DNA of 64,000 nucleotides from the human T2T-CHM13v2.0 reference genome, Homo sapiens. This document shows positions 1-15,527 of the stretch, piece by piece. Where the stretch lies: assembly GCF_009914755.1 (NCBI RefSeq), contig NC_060925.1. One strand, written 5' to 3'. A program made the position numbers and the translations under genes. How positions within the stretch are numbered: position 1 is the first letter of the stretch; every line of letters starts with the position of its first letter. Below the pieces are notes generated by a model. That model was not told where the DNA came from. It made no database searches and worked only from the letters and a program-made list of their open reading frames with translations.

Positions 1-204
1 TGCTGGCAAGGGGAGAAGGTCCAGGCAGGGGCGGGGTTGTGGATCCACAGTGGGATGCGGGGCTGAACGGTTATGTCCCGGTAGGTAGGGGCTGCAGAAA
101 GAGCCCCGAGGGCTGGGGAGTCCCGGAGCTGGACCACAGGAAGGGCCTCAAGTCCGCCTGCCAGGTCCAGCTTCTCAGGACCCCAGGGCTGGGGCACACT
201 CTTT

Positions 205-245
205 GCACCCCGCTTTACAGATGAGGAAACTGAGTCAGAGAGGGA
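205..245. mobile_element. MIR core fragment
   Basis: TTTACAGATGAGGAAACTGAG core. Confidence 0.6.
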
Positions 246-516
246 GAGTTTAAGGGCAGGCTTCAAGCTGACCTCTGACCCAGAGACCCCCATTTTGAAA
301 AATCTCTTCTTCAGGCCTCAGGCCTGGAGGGCTGTGGGAGTCGCTCCTCTCTCGATTGGAGGGTGGAGTGAGTGATCGATCGATTCATTGCCTTTACCCA
401 CATCAGTATCTCTTCCCCCTTGGGACTCCTTCTGAGGAGCGTTGAGTGTGTATCTCGTTTTTTGTATTTTCCAGAATGCTGTGTTGTTCTGGTGCGAGTA
501 TTTTAATCACTATTAG

Positions 517-854
<338 letters not shown>

Positions 855-904
855 TAGCAGCTGTTGAGAAGCCCAAGGAGCTTTGGTTTTGGGGTGCTGT
901 CTGT

Positions 905-1230
905 AGTGTGTGCTGGAGCAGGCTTGCACGTGCTCACCAGAACCTACGGTAGCATCTCCAGTAATCTCATCAGCTGGTTGTTGGACACAACCATTATTCA
1001 AATCAAATTAAAGTAATTAAATTATGTAAAACACAGAAATACTATAAAAAGCAAAGGAAATAAATACTCAAAATGTATTGCTTCCTAATTATTTCTAGCT
1101 TACTGTGATCCACGCTGTTATCTGGGTGCAGTCTGTGTGTGTCTGTCTAGTGGAAATGCCGTATGATACTGTCCATCTCTTCCCCACTCTGTGCTCTGTG
1201 GGCTCAAGTGGGAATATTTACACCACATGT
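905..1230. mobile_element. MER63-like hAT-Blackjack DNA transposon fossil
   Basis: GTGTGCTGGAGC...CCATTATT...AAATACTCAAAA...CTTCCTAATTATTT...TATTTACACCAC resembles the MER63 consensus as recalled. Confidence 0.6.
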
Positions 1231-1291
1231 TTACACCACCTTCATAAAAAAATATGAAAATATTCATGAAGTCTTATTGAAAATAACAACG

Positions 1292-2725
<1,434 letters not shown>

Positions 2726-2764
2726 ATTTGCTGTTTTGTGTTGTTTTGGAGAGGGTTTTATTTA

Positions 2765-3647
2765 GTTTTTTTGTTTGTTTGTTTGTTTGTTGTTTGTTTG
2801 TTTTAGAGACAAGGTCTTGCTCTGTCCCCCACGCTGGAATGCAGTGGCACCATCACAGTTCACCGTAACCTCGAACTCCTGGGCTGAAGCAATCCTCCTG
2901 CCTCAGCTTCCTGAGTAGCTGGGACCACAGGCACATCCCCCCACACCCAGCTATTTTTTTTAAAGAGATGGGATCTTGCTCTGTTGTCCCTGCTGTTCTT
3001 GTTACAAGGCCACCAGGTTGGTGTGCCCTCTGCACAGTAACCAACCGATACACGGAGACAGCAGGGTTTGCAGCAGAGAAAGCTTAATGATTGCAGGTGC
3101 CAAGCAAGGAGATGGGAGGAGACCCTCAAATCCACCTCCCCTGGAGTTCTGGGCTGGGGTTCTTAAGGAGATTATGGAGGGTGAGGGGCTGGAGAAGCTG
3201 GGGTCACTGACTTGTTGGGGTAAGGGGGATGAAATCAGGAGGTGGAAAATGCATTTGCTGGTGAGTCAGCTCCTGTGAGGTCCTTCCCACCAGCTGGCAT
3301 CAGTAATTTTACTGTTATGCAGGACCTGAAAGAGCATCTCAGATGGAAATCAACCTTTTACAATGTTTAAGTTGTTCTCTCTATGGTAGTTAGGGGAACT
3401 ATGATCTTGGGACGGGGTCTGTGTGATTCTGGGGCAGTAGGCAGCAACAGTTATGAGGAGAGGTCAGAGAGCCAGCCCACCTCGTCGTGACGCTGCCTGC
3501 ACCACCAGCTTAGTTCATTTTCCCTTCTCCCCCTCCCTTCTTCTCTGAATAATTTTATAAAGTTTACAGGGGTGATTTCAGCCTCAAACCCTGTCTTCAA
3601 GTGGTGCTCCCACCCTGGCCTCCCAGCATGAGCCTCTGTGCCCGGCC
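2765..3647 (-). mobile_element. Old Alu (AluJ-like) split by an LTR; pieces 2765-2999 and 3581-3647
   Basis: The Alu stops at ...GCTGTTCT and resumes at GCCTCAAACC...CCCGGCC. Confidence 0.75.
3000..3580. mobile_element. Solo ERV1-class LTR (MER31/MER65-like; subfamily uncertain)
   Basis: ~580 bp bounded by TG...CA and inserted inside an Alu; sequence resembles MER4-group LTRs. Confidence 0.65.
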
Positions 3648-4167
3648 TGTTTATTTTTAAATTTCATTTTTAAAAGTATATATTTGACAGATTATAGTTG
3701 TATATATTTATGAGGTAGATAGTGATGTTATGATTTTTAAATACAATCATTTCAGTTTAAATCAAGCTAATTAACATAACCATCACCTCAGATATTTACC
3801 ATCTTTTGTGGTGAGAACATTTGACATGTACTCTTAGCAGTTTTGAAATGCACGAAACTCTATTATTAATTATATTCACCATGCTGCACAACAGAACTAA
3901 AAATCCCCCCAAACCACAAAACATACCCTTCCTGTCTAACTGAGGCCTGGCACCCTTTGGCCATCATCTCCCCATTCCCCAAACCCTGGCCTCTAGGGAC
4001 CAGCTTTCTACCCTGCTTCTATGAGCTCAGGTGTTTTAGATTCTACATATAAGTGAGAAGATGTGGTATTTGTCTTCTGTGGTTTGGCTTATATCACTTA
4101 ACTTGATGTTCTCCAGTTCCATCCATGTTGTTGAAAATGACAGAATTTCTTCCTTTTTAAAGGCTGA

Positions 4168-4782
<615 letters not shown>

Positions 4783-4809
4783 GCTGAATAGTATTTCGTT
4801 GCTTGGGCG

Positions 4810-4946
4810 CATGCACACACACACATATTTACACACACATATGTAACACACACATACATACACACATATACACACACATATATACACATGCACAGATACA
4901 CATATACATACACACATATACACACACATACACCCCCCCACACACA
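4810..4946. repeat. Imperfect (CA/TA)n microsatellite
   Basis: Alternating purine-pyrimidine run. Confidence 0.9.
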
Positions 4947-5129
4947 TTTTCTGTATCCACTCATCCACTGATGGACACTCAGGCTGATTCTGTAACTCGG
5001 CTGTTGTGAACAGTGTGGCAGTGGACATGGAAATGCAGGTCTCTTCAACACGTGGATTTCATTTCCTTTGGAAGTATATGCAGGAGTGGGGTTGCTGGAT
5101 CTGCTCTGCTGGTTTTTAGGTGGCAGGCT

Positions 5130-5420
5130 TTAGACAGGGTCTGCCTCTGTTGCCAAGGTTGGAGTGCAGTGGCATGATCTTGGCTGACTGCAATTTCTGC
5201 CTTCTGTGCTCAAGTGATTCTCCTGCCTCAGACCCCCAAGTAGCCGGGATTACAGGCACGTACCACCGCGCCTGGCTAATTTTGGTGTGTTTTTTTTTTT
5301 TTTGTAGAGATGGAGTTTCACCATGTTGCCCAGGCTGGTCTGAAACTCCTCAGTTGAGCAATCCACCTGCCTTGGCCTCCCAAAGTTCTGGGATGACAGG
5401 AGTGAGGCACTGCGCTGGGC
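5130..5420 (-). mobile_element. Alu (old, AluJ-like), tail-less
   Basis: Diverged reverse dimeric Alu. Confidence 0.88.
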
Positions 5421-8400
5421 TCATGCATTTTTGAGGAAATACCTATGCAGCACACGGCCGGCAGCACCACAGTGTCTCAGCTGTCTTTCCAGGAAAGTCC
5501 TGCTCCCCACTATACTGTGGGTCCCCCGGCTAATTCAGCTGGAGTCCCCGTCGCTCGAGAGCCTCCTCCCAGGAAAACGCCCTTTGCTGCGGCAGCTTTC
5601 TGTTCTCCCTGGCTCCCTGCACGGAACTGAGCTTCGGTACAGTTCATCATTTGTGCTGTTTCAACAAAGACCTTCTTAGGGAAATGGCCTCTTCTCTGCT
5701 TTAATTCTGAGCACGCACTGGTGAAGGACACTGTATCTGAGCCGAGGCCCAGGGTGTCACCCATCAGAGCCTTTCACCATCTGTGCAGATGTCAGCGCGG
5801 GGAAGGGACACCTCCTTTACATAAAAACAGCTTAGACCTTGCAGGCTCCTGGAAGATTCTGAGGACCCCAGGGTTATGTGGGCCACACTCTGGGGAGCAG
5901 TGTCTATGGCCCCGTGTTTGGCCAAGCACCCCGTTCTGATCTTTACTTTCTCCACCTGGCACTAAGCTTCCCCTTCTTGCTTCTAACACTGAGTGGGGCT
6001 CCGGGGTGTCCCCCACCCCATGGCCTCCCAAAGTCCCTGGTTCGGGGCTGCCGTGAGCAGCCTCCTGAGTCCCCATGGGGTCCTGGGGGCCTTTCCCTCC
6101 GGGTCAGAGTGGCGGAGTCCCCGGCCTACACACACGAGCTCGGCCCAGTGCTCCCACGCTGACCTAGGGCTGGCCCCTCGCGGTCTTCCCTTCCCTTGTC
6201 AAACACCCCTCCCTCTGTCTCCAGAGTGCCGGTGAGCTGGGCGGGCTCCACTCCCTCCATGAAGCTGGCCCCTGAGCGCAGATGTGCAGGCTGGCATTCC
6301 TGCCCGCTGTGAGCATGGAGGGGCCTGGCCTCAGCCTCGCACTTCCTGACACGGTTGTGGGGTCGGGGCTGCTGGGTTCTTTGTCTCCCTGTGCGGCCAG
6401 GCCAGCAGGTGGGCGTAGCCAGGCGGGCTCCAGCAACCCCACCAGCTTGGGGGCAGCGGCTGAGCTTGCTGGGGCCTGTGGCTTCTCCGGGGCCTTAGGT
6501 CTGTGTTCCCTGCATCCGCTAAGTCCAGGGGTGGGAGCAGGGCCTCACAGAGGGGCCTTGGGCTGGGAGAGTGGGGAGGACTGTGGGCAGCCAGTGGCCC
6601 CTGGCAGAGTGGCAGAGGCCCAGCCATAGGCTCACTGGCATGGGGCCTGGTCTGCCTCCTATGCCCAGGACGTCTTGGCCGGGGGTCTCCATACCTGGGA
6701 CCCACGTTCAGCCTGGAGACGGAAGTCAGGGTAGCAGGGAAGTAGCAGGAGGTGGCCTCTGTGTGACAGCGGGTGCCGGCGGCTAGGGGCCCACCGGGTG
6801 GAGCTCCTGGGGGCGTTGAGGAGCTGGGCAGTGGGCTGCAGTGGGGCGCCCTGGGGCCAGGAGGGCAGCTGGGGCAGGCAGGCTGTCCCCTCACCCTCTG
6901 GGTCTCTCGTGGGGGCCTGGGGCCGCAGGTCTGGGACGAGTCAGGTGCTGGGGGCAGCCGAACCCGCCCCAGCTCAGCCGCCCCTGCTGGTGGTTTCTCC
7001 GGGATAGGGTCCTGCCCTCTCTGGGCCTCAATCTCTCCCTCCTGAGAGTGGACTCTCTTGTGGGCTGGGTGGCCAGTGGGGCCTCAGGCCAGGAGGGAGA
7101 GGGAGCCCCTCTGTGACATCTTTCCTGGAGAGGCTGAGGCTCCCACTTCTACCTGCCCTCAGGGGGCTTCCTGAGCCAGGGGATACCAGCCAAGGGTGTG
7201 GCACCCCACTTCCTGGGCACTGCCGCAGAAGGTGGGAGGGAGGATGGGAGGATGTCAGAGGAGCAGGCCGGGGCTTGTGGGGGCCTCCGGTACCTCTGCT
7301 GGGAGCTCGCGATCCAAGGGACACAGCGTGAGGGGCCACCGCAGGTATTGAAACAGAAGCAGCCGGCGAGCCCTCCAGAAGTGGGAGCCCTCCAGAAGTG
7401 GGAGCCCTCCGGGGGTGGGAGCCCTCCAGGGGTGGGAGCTGGCTTGGACTCGCTGGCCCTGAGCAGGTACCTGGGCTCTCCCTGTGGGTGAGAGCAGTGG
7501 GCGGGCAGGCTGGGAACTTAGGGCTGTAGGACCTGCTGAGTGGGTGACACTTCATCCTCCGGGGGCTTCGAGGGCAGAGGTCCCTGCCTAGAGGAAGATC
7601 TGCTGGTCTGTGTGTGGTCGTTGCACCCTGGGCACTCGGCCCGGAGCTGGGCCTGGGCCTGGGCTGTGCTTCCTGATTCAATGGGGACAGGGTCCAGGGG
7701 ACCTCTCCACCCTGTCCCCAGCATGGCCCGGTCCAGCCTGGCCCCGAGTGACGTTGTCAGTGAGAGTTGCCCAAGGCAGCAGGTCCAGGGTCTGAGCAGA
7801 GGCTGAAGGCCTGGCACCGGCAATGTCCCCTTCTTAGGCCAGGGTCTGGGCTCCTGGGGATCGGCCAGCACTCCATGGCCAGGGCGGGGAGCAGCAGGCC
7901 TCGCTGGGGATGGCCCCATGACAAGACCAGCCAGTGCTCCTCTGACCTGTAGGCCCTCTCCAGCTCTCCAGGAGCCGCAGAGACCAGTGTGGCTGGAAGT
8001 AAGGGCGCCACTCTGGGACCACGGTGGCTCTCAGGGCAGGACTGGGTGGGCAAGCGTGGACTGCATCTGTCCTGCACGGGGTCCTGCGTCTGGCTCGCCC
8101 GGTGCCGTGCTGTGGGGCCCACGCCAACGGCTGACCTCATGGTCCTCCGTGGCCTCGCCTAGGCTTGCGGCAGCCGACGTGGCGTTGTTGCCTAATTAGG
8201 TTGGACTGTGCCAGCCCCAGCGGAGCCCACGCCCGGCCCTTGCGCCGGCAGACGTGTCGGGGCACGGCTCCTGCACTCCCACTGCCGCAGGAACTGCTCA
8301 GGAACCTGCCGGTCTCCGGCTGGGACGGTGGCTGGATCAGCTCAAGCCTCCAGGGCCCTGAGGCTGAGGGGCTGAGTGCTCATTCCAGCCGCCTCGGGGA

Positions 8401-10113
8401 ACCCGGGCTGGGAGACCCCATGCCTGGGGGTGAGCCTGGAGCCAGGGCAGTGCGGTGAGAGGCTCCGGAGAGAGGGCTGGGCACCACCAGGCTTGGGTGA
8501 GGAGGGAGGCCTCTGGTCGAGAGCGAGCTGGGAGTCCTGGGGGCCCCGGGGTGGGTGGTGGCCCAATGCCCTCTCCCTGCCATCTTCTGGGGCCAGGGCT
8601 GCCAGAGGTGCCGGGCCAGCCAAGTCTAGGTCTGTGCCGATTGGAGGGGGTGGGTGAGGCTGGAGGGCCAGGGCCTGGGGTGTGCAGGGTGAGGGGACAG
8701 GTGGCCAAGGGGCCCTCCTTCCTGGGGATTGGGTGCGAGGAGGGAGGCGAGGTCAAGGGTGGGGGTCCTACCTGCCAGGGCTCCTTCTAGGGCCCTGGGG
8801 AGAGAGACATGCCGACAGGAGCCTGCCCCTCCCAGCCCTGGCTGTTCTTCCCACCTGGCAGAGCATGGCTCTGTGTGTTTGAGGGCCCAGGACTCCTGAT
8901 GTCCATCTGTGCTGGGCAGGCTGGGAAGAATCCAGGCCTAATGGCCAAGGCCTCCACCTGGCCCCTGTTAATCCCCTCCCCAGGGAGGGCACTCACCTCC
9001 CTGAGGGGCAGGCACCAAGGAAAAGGTGGCCAGAAAGGCTCTGAAAGGAGCTGGCCTGAGAGTGAGGAGTTGGCGGGTGATGTGGTGGAAAGGCGGGTTC
9101 TGGGCAGGGAGGCTGAGCAGAGGCTGGTGGGACGGAACCCCTGGGCCAGGACGAGGAGGCTGTTTGGAGCCTGGGGCCCCTTCTTGGGAGCAGTGAGAAT
9201 TAGGGGTTTGGAGCTCAGCCAAGCGGGGCTGCCCTTGGCAGACATTACCAGGGAGACCAAAGGGGCCTTGATTCACTGCATGGGCTGCGTGCGTGGTGAC
9301 CAAAAGGGCTTGAGACCCTGGCCTCAGGAGTGACACTGGTGAGACCACAGGGCTGGAGAAAGGAGAAAGGGCTGCCCGCCATGCCTGTGGCTCCTCCTCG
9401 GGGCCGTGGGGGCCCCTTGTGCTGTGAGGGCTGGCAAGTACCTCCTGTACCCAGCACAGCAGGAGGGGATGGGGGGGCCGGCCTCAGAGACACCCCAGGC
9501 ACCTCTTGCTTTGCAAATGTGCTCCTGGGAGACTGGCTGGTTTCTGTAAAGCGACTCCTGTTTTGCCTTTAAATTTCATCAAGCTGTGGGGAAAGTGTCA
9601 ACACAGAGAAACAGCTGGAGCATGGAGGAAGCTGTGGCCTCGGGTCCCTGGTCTTCTGGCTTCCTCTGTGACTGCCCCAGAGACTTGGGGTTTCAGGGCA
9701 GGGTCCTGTGGCTCTCCTCCCCTGCCCTTTGGTTCTTCCCACCTGACTCTTCAGACACAGCTACCCAGCCCCACTGCGCTGGCCTATTTACCTATGAGGT
9801 GCAGTGAAGCTGGGCTGCAATGCAGCGCCTGCCAGCAGGGGTCACTGGGCACACACTGTGCTCCCTCCCCCGAGTTATGCACCTGCCTGGACAGACCTCA
9901 CCCACCAACTCCCTCTGGCCTTCTTGCTCTCTCTAGGTGTGTGATGCGCTGCTGGCCCAGGCTACACCCCGACAAGGGACACCGGGGGCCCCGGGAGCAG
10001 AGAGACCTCAGAGCAGCCTCCTCCTGCCTCCTGTGGACGGCCGGCCCCAGCTGGTGATCCCAGCCAGTCCCAGCTTTCAGTTGCTGCCCCCACCGACAGT
10101 CCTCAGTCCCTCC

Positions 10114-10228
10114 ATGATGGCTCCCCCGACAGCCGGCCCCCTTCCTGGCCCAGCTCTTCCGCCTGAGGACCCAGGGCCGTATCCGGAGAGCAGGTGGCTT
10201 TTCTTGAGCGCCAACATTCTGCCCGTGG
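10114..10228 (+). CDS. PLCH2: PLCH2 distal alternative first coding segment (MMAPPTAGPLPGPALPPEDPGPYPESRWLFLSANILPV, phase 1), within exon 9937-10228
   Basis: Pyrimidine-rich acceptor CTCTCTCTAG|G at 9936; tandem ATGs at 10114 and 10117; consensus donor G|GTGAGT at 10229; in frame with exon 59586. Confidence 0.75.
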
Positions 10229-10732
10229 GTGAGTGAGGCCCTGGCTACCCACACCAAGCCAGAGAACATTGTTCTTCTCCTGCTGAGTGCGTCTCTGTTT
10301 CCTGGAGCCCAGGGACAATACGGTTCAGGGTTCAGTTCAGTGACCCTGATGTCCCGTGATGTCACCTGGGGAGAACTGGGGCTCTGCTAGCACCCCAGGG
10401 CAGGTGGGGCCGCCACGTGCAGAGGAGCCTGGCGTGCAATTCAAGAGCTCTCAGTGTGTGTCCCTTCGTGTGGGCAGAGAGGGGGTGGGTTCATTCTTGG
10501 GGGATGGCTCTCTGCCCACCTGCTGCACTGGGGGGGTCTGGGAGAGGTGCCCCTGCAGCTCACGATGCTTCCTTCTTGGTCGTGTTGTCACTGTCAGAAG
10601 GGCGAAGGCCTCCCGATGTGGCGGACAGCTCTGGGGTCTAGTGTGGAGACTTTGGGGTGTGGAGCTGGTCCCCTGAGCTCCTGAGCTTCTGCTGGGATGC
10701 CCTGGAGTGGCAGGCCTGTGGCTGGCTGCCCT

Positions 10733-10950
10733 GCGTGTGCGTGTGCGTGTGTGTGTGTGTGCACACCGCTATCTGCCGCTTCTGCTCCCCCTGGGGGCCC
10801 CTGCTGCTCTCTGGGCGGCCGCTCCCAGGCAAGAACCATGGCAGTGGTGAGCGTGTGTGCGTGTGTGCGTGTGTCTGCCTGCACTCGTGAGGGTCTGCAC
10901 CTGTGCCTACATGGTGTGTGCCCTAGTGCGTGTGTGTGTGTGTGTGTGCT
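10733..10950. repeat. Interrupted (TG/CG)n tracts
   Basis: Three (GT)-rich blocks. Confidence 0.85.
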
Positions 10951-13900
10951 CATGCTCTGTGCATGCCTGTGCCTCACAGAGGTGGCTCTGGCTTGTCAAT
11001 GCCACATTCTCCAGATATGCCCAGACAGGTCTTCGCCATCTGAGGGTGGAGCTGCGCCTGGGGAGCTGCACACAGCCCCTGCCGGGCTTGGGGCCCTGGC
11101 TTTCAGCGCTGTCTGGAATGGACACCGGGGAAAGGGGAGACCAGATGGGGGAGGGGAGCAAGCTGCGCCCCCTTCTCCAGAGCTTCCAGAGTCCTGGAGA
11201 GCTTCCAACTCTGGCAGGGCCTGGGGGCGGGAGGAGCCAGCGGTCCTATATGCAGAAACAGTATCAGGTCCAGGGGCAACGGTTCCCAGGATAGAGGACT
11301 CCTGCTGTGTACCCTTCTGCTGCTGGCCCTGCCCCTCATCACAGTCCCTGCCTCTCCGTTCCTACCCCTTGTTACTGTCCCCGCCCCATGCCTGGGTGGT
11401 GGATGCTGAGGGAGGGCAGTCTTGTGCTGGGTGCTGGGCCTACCCTCATCCTGGGGGCCTTTCTGGGAGGCTCCTTCTTGGTTGAGCCCGAATCGTGTCC
11501 CTTTCCTTTGAGTCGGTGCCTGCCCCCACTGATGCCAGCTCAGTTACCTGTGCACATTAGGGTGGTGGTTGGCAAGGTGCCCCGGGTGGTGTGGGCCTCT
11601 GGCCTGCTCCAGGACAGGCTCGGCTCTGCCTGTTGGGTTTCGGGGTCCCAGACTGGGGGGCTTGTATGGAGCCTCGTGCATTTACCAGGCGTCAGCTTCG
11701 TGCTGCCTCCTCTGGGACTCACGGCCATGGCTGCCCACAGTGAGGCCAGGCCCCACTCTGCAGATGAGGCGGTGAGGACCCCACAATGCTGGGGCTGGCA
11801 CCTGGCTGCCGACTCTCTCATCTTCCTGGCTCACACCCTCAGCCCTGAAGCGGTGGGCAGTGATGGGGATGGGGGTCAGGTCCGCTTGGGAGTGCAGCTT
11901 GGGGGTGAATAACTGAGCACTCCGGCTGGGACTGGGGCAGGTGGACAGCAGGGGGCCCAGGTTGGGGGCCGTGGGACAGCACTGGGGCCAGCCCCCTGCC
12001 CTGCTGGCCCCTCATGGCTGACAGCACACCCCGTCCCCTGTGCAATTTGCCTTACCCCAGTTCTTGTGTATCCGTGGTAACGGGCTTTCATTTAGAGCAG
12101 CTTGATCCAGCTCCTGGGGCTAACGGGTGGGGGAGAATGCAAATGACTGCTGGGCACGTGGCCGGGCCCATGGCACAGGCTGGGGTGTGCACCCGGCCCC
12201 CACACTCAGCGCCCTGGGCCCGGGGGCCCCTGCTGGGCATGATGAGGGTCTGAGCTGCCCAGACAGTGCACTCTCCAGGCTCTGGGAGCCTTCACTCCTG
12301 ATCCCTGAGCCTCTCAGTGCCTGGGGCCGGATGCCAGAGGTGGAGGGTCAGAGCCCGCCGTGCAGGCTTGCCTGGACGGACACCGCCGCCCTCCCACAGC
12401 AGGGAGGGTCCCCAACTCCCCCGTCCGGAGGGGCTGTCACAGGAGCTGCCCCTGGGAGGCGCCTGGAGGTCTTTCCCGTCCGTCAGGTGGGGAGGGGTCT
12501 GTGGCAGTGCTCCCTTCTCTTCCCGGTGCACACACGGGCTGGGTGGAAGAACCTGGGCACCCTGCCTGCCTGTTACCCACCAGTGCCCATGGCTGAGCTT
12601 CAAGTGCCCACCCTTTGCCCCCTCCCATCCCTGAGGTTGGGGCCGTGTTTCCCTCTGGGAGGATCGAACAGCTTGGATGTGGGGCCCCACTGAACTCAGA
12701 GGTGGGAGCCTTCTTCAGGCTGCCCCCTAATACTGAGCCAGCAAAGGTAAATGGGGGTCCTCCTTCCACTCTTCCCCTTCCAGATTGGCTCCCGGCCCCC
12801 GCTGTGTACGTGCTCAGGTGTCCGGGGAGGACCAGTGTGCTGTGGTGTGGGTGGTGGTGCTGGGAGCAGAGGCAGGCAGGTTTTGTGGGGCTGACTGCAT
12901 GTGCACCTGGGGCTGCTGGTGGCCTGGCCTCCCTGGCATCTCCATGTGGATGAGGCTGGCAGCATGGCCCTACTTGGCCGGGGGCTGCTGAGGCCCATCC
13001 GGGCCGGTGTGCTCCTGTCCCCTGGAGTACTCCAGCGGGAGGCTGTGGCTCTTGGGGTTCAGGGCTGCTGGAGTATGTGTCCCCGCCATTCTCACTGAGC
13101 TGGAGCTGGAGCGGCTCAGTCTCGGTGCCTTGAGGCTGGCACAGGTGGGAACGGTGTGTCCGCACAGCAGGAGCCTCCCCGGGGGCTTTCTGACTTCAAA
13201 GTGCACTCAGATCTGCGTTTTCCTTCGGACTCTACACCGGCTCTTATGTTGGCGGCTCTTGTATGTTTCTTTTTTCCCTGATCATGAAAGCAAGACTCAC
13301 TCAGAGGAGATGCTTTGGAAAATACAGAAAAAGACAAGGGAGAAAATCAGACCAGCCATTGCCATCCACCTCTCCCCGCTCCTTCGTGGCTTTGGGTGCC
13401 TGGGTTAGGCAGAGCCCCTGCCGGCTCCCCAAACCCCCTCAGAGCCATCGACTCCCTCCACGGATGTGCCCACACTGGGGGTCCCGGGTGATGTTGGCCG
13501 TTTGGTCCCTTCAAACGTTTGAATTTTCCCCTGGAGCCCGGCTTTGAGTGTCTGCCTCATGCTCCGAAGGGCAGCAGTGCAGTCTCCCCGGGCACCCAGG
13601 AAACTCGACGAGCTGCTGCCATCAACATCGCAGGAGGTTCCTTCACAGGCATCGCGCGTCCGGCTTCGTGGCGGGTCTCCCGTTGTTTCCTTGGAGGCTG
13701 CGGGTCTCCCTGGGTGGCGTTTGATGTATGTGCACCGAGCTCTTTGAGGCTCCCACCTTCAGCTTCTTACTGAGCAACCAAGGGAGGTGGCTGGGTGTGC
13801 CAGGGGCCGGCGGGGGCCGCGCCTGGGCAGGGGGCACCGCGCCTTCCCCAGGTCAGTCCCTGCCTGAAGCCAGGTCAGAGGCTTTTCTAGAAGGAGGCAG

Positions 13901-15527
13901 GACACACGGACTCACCTTCACAGCCGTTTACAACCTGGGAAGGTGGCCCCAGCTCCTTGTGCCGTGGGGCCCCTTCTCTCCCGGGCACCCACAGGGCCTC
14001 TGGCAGGGGCGTATTTCCCCCACGCACAGGTTCCTTATCTGTCTCCACAGCTGTATCCAGAATGCAGTCTGGTTGTGGAAAGCAAAATTAAACACTGCCT
14101 TTGTAGACAAAGCAGCTGCCGCCAGGTGCGGGCGGCACAAGCTCTGTCACTGGCCTCGGGGGCCCTGACTCTCCTTTGAGATGCAGAACCCTGGACACTG
14201 GGCCGTGGGACCCTCCAGTCCCGGAAGGGCCAAGTGTGGCAAGGGCCTGGCTTCCAGCAACCCCCTTCCCCCCACAGCCAGCAGAGGAGCCCCAGGCTGC
14301 CCGGGCTGCCAGCCGCACTAAAAGTGGGGAGAGCCTCGCCGGTTGTGTCCCCACTCTGGGGCCATGCAAGCTCCTCTCCCTGGTGCCACGTGCACTGATG
14401 ATGTGCTTCACCTGGAAATCGAGGCTCCCCGTGGAAACCACCCCCGGGCAGAATCAGCTGTGGGTTGCGTATGTCCTTGGGCGCCCATGCTGTACCCAGG
14501 CTGCCCAGGAGAGCTGAGCCCGCACGGGAAGGCAGGCCCCTAGAAGTGTGTCCCCGTGGCCCAGAGCTGGCTTCTCAGGGGTATTTGTTCTGAGAAGTCC
14601 GTGGCCTGCGAGCCTCAGCATGCAGCAGGCCGGGCAGAACACCGGGGCGCAGGGACTTGGCTTTGTCAGCAGCAGGAGGCAGGTGCACTGACCTGGATGG
14701 TCCTGCCTGGGCTGCAGAGAAGTGGGCAGTCCAGGAGCTCTGCTGGGAGGAGGAGTGGAGCTCACCAGGACGAAGGAGAGCATGTGGAAGATGGTCCCGG
14801 GGGTGAGGACCTTTCCTCCAGGAACCCCTGTCACCTGCGGACAGTGAGCAGGCCAGAGGCCGGGCAGGGGCTGTGGGGGGTGGGGCCCGGTTGCTGCCTC
14901 TTGCAGGGAGGGCACCTGGGCTCGGGGTGTTTCCTCAGAGAGGATAGGGAAGTGAGGCTCACGCCCAGGGGTCCCCGGGCTCTGGGCTGACCAGCGCTCT
15001 CACACCACCCTGGGTAGTCAGAGGGCACCAGCAAAGCTGTTTTAGGTTCCAAATGGCTGGAGGCTGGAGGCTGGAGGCTGGAGGCTGGAGGCATGTGTTA
15101 GTGAGGCGGGGATAGCAGGCGCAGGGGCCTCTCTTTGCAGGGACTGGGGAAGGGGCCAGGGACCTCAATGGGGTCCCTGGGGAGGACAGAGGTGGGAATA
15201 GTTGCTGGCTGGCAGGGCCCGAGTGCAGCGTGACACGGCTCTCAGAGCCCACAGCACGCCTGGCCTGTTGTGATCTCCAGGAGGGGAGACTGGGTTTCCA
15301 GGGTCCTTTGATGGCTGTGGAGTACAGCCAGGGTGGAGAAGATGATGAACTGTGGGCAGCTGGGGTCCAGAGCCCCTGCGATGGGAGGCTCAGCTCAGTC
15401 TGGAGTGAGCCCCCACACCTGGGGGGCTCAGCTGGGAACACCTGGTCTGTCCAGTGTGGGGCTGAATTTGCTGCTGAGACTTGGGCTCTCATCATCTCTC
15501 TCCCTCTGGCCAGGAAAAGAGTGAGGG

